Assembly: GCA_040218575.1 (NCBI GenBank)
Contig: JAVJRE010000005.1
Span: 113,214-177,213, forward strand
Reading direction: 5' to 3'
DNA length: 64,000 bases
Source of the DNA: Alphaproteobacteria bacterium
GTDB taxonomy: Bacteria > Pseudomonadota > Alphaproteobacteria > JAVJRE01
The notes under the pieces were generated by a model, which worked only from the letters and a program-made list of their open reading frames with translations, was not told the DNA's origin and did not search any database. Within the stretch, counting starts at the first letter, position 1; each line of letters begins with the position of its first letter. Shown piece by piece: positions 63,618-64,000 of this stretch. A program made the position numbers and the translations under genes.

Positions 63618-64000
63618 GCGCCGCCAGCAACCGCCGTCAGACCGCGACGGCACAAAATCCCGACCATAGTAGCGCACCGGGCAGCAGTGATCCGTGGCCA
63701 GCCGGCGGGGTCGACCCGGAAGCACGTGAGGCCGCGAAGATCGCCGCCCGCCGGGCCAACCTCACACTCGACCAGTGGCTCAGCCAGTCGATCCTGAGCG
63801 CCGCTGCCCGCGAACTGTCGCGCGGCGGTCGTGGCGACCAGGCGCCGAACCGGTCCTGGTCGGCGCCACGCCATACGACCAGCCGTGGGCGCGCGCCGGC
63901 CCTGACCATGGATGCGGTGCTGGACAGCATTCAGCGCCTTGCCAACCGCATAGAAGACAGCGAGGCCCGTACCGCCGACGCCCTGCGCCCGCTTGCCGAC
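63616..64000 (+). CDS. PodJ-like polar localisation factor, N-terminal part (runs off the window)
   Basis: DPWPAGGVDPEAREAAKIAARRANLTLDQWLSQSIL resembles the conserved N-terminal PodJ motif PWSVKGI..AR..AK.AARR.GMTLGEWL. ORF open to the window end. Confidence 0.5.

Noticed and set aside
63152-63874. 240-aa minus-strand ORF across the gmd/podJ-like intergenic region
   Set aside because: Arg/Pro-rich composition, antisense to the PodJ-like ORFs, and it spans a promoter region with direct repeats. Judged spurious.

Overview
This 64 kb window is a high-GC (roughly 65-68 %), gene-dense chromosomal segment that looks alphaproteobacterial (Rhodospirillales-like). It is almost entirely core metabolism and housekeeping: about 66 protein-coding genes and one tRNA. 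Identifications rest on protein motifs I recognise from memory, not on searches. I found no transposase, integrase, CRISPR array or toxin-like genes.

Recognisable content, in order:
- rpsU.
- A split three-gene NAD(P) transhydrogenase (pntAA, pntAB, pntB).
- An M3 oligoendopeptidase, a hypothetical protein and an ABC1/UbiB-family kinase in one translationally coupled operon.
- A long-chain acyl-CoA ligase, a UDP-sugar epimerase and a GapR-like DUF2312 protein.
- Pyruvate kinase and an aspartate aminotransferase.
- uvrB, then uvrC-pgsA-mobB-moeA-moaD-moaE.
- An OmpR/EnvZ-like two-component pair.
- CsaA, a COQ9-like protein, proC, ybjN and ubiK.
- lgt, a MidA-family methyltransferase and pgeF.
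- prs-rplY-pth-ychF.
- The cytochrome bc1 operon petABC, hemF, and cca with a NUDIX hydrolase.
- A MoxR/DUF58/DUF4159/vWA membrane cluster followed by a class III adenylate cyclase.
- A TerC-family protein, tRNA-Gln(UUG), the GDP-fucose genes gmd-fcl, and a PodJ-like gene at the window edge.

The best candidates for something undescribed:
- The uncharacterised MoxR-vWA membrane module co-transcribed with a sensor adenylate cyclase.
- The peptidase-DUF-ABC1-kinase operon.
- An AT-rich intergenic island upstream of uvrC with promoter-like and terminator-like elements (a candidate small RNA).
- A tandem, frame-shifted duplication of the PodJ N-terminal motif.

The many long antisense ORFs in the six-frame track are high-GC artefacts and I rejected them.
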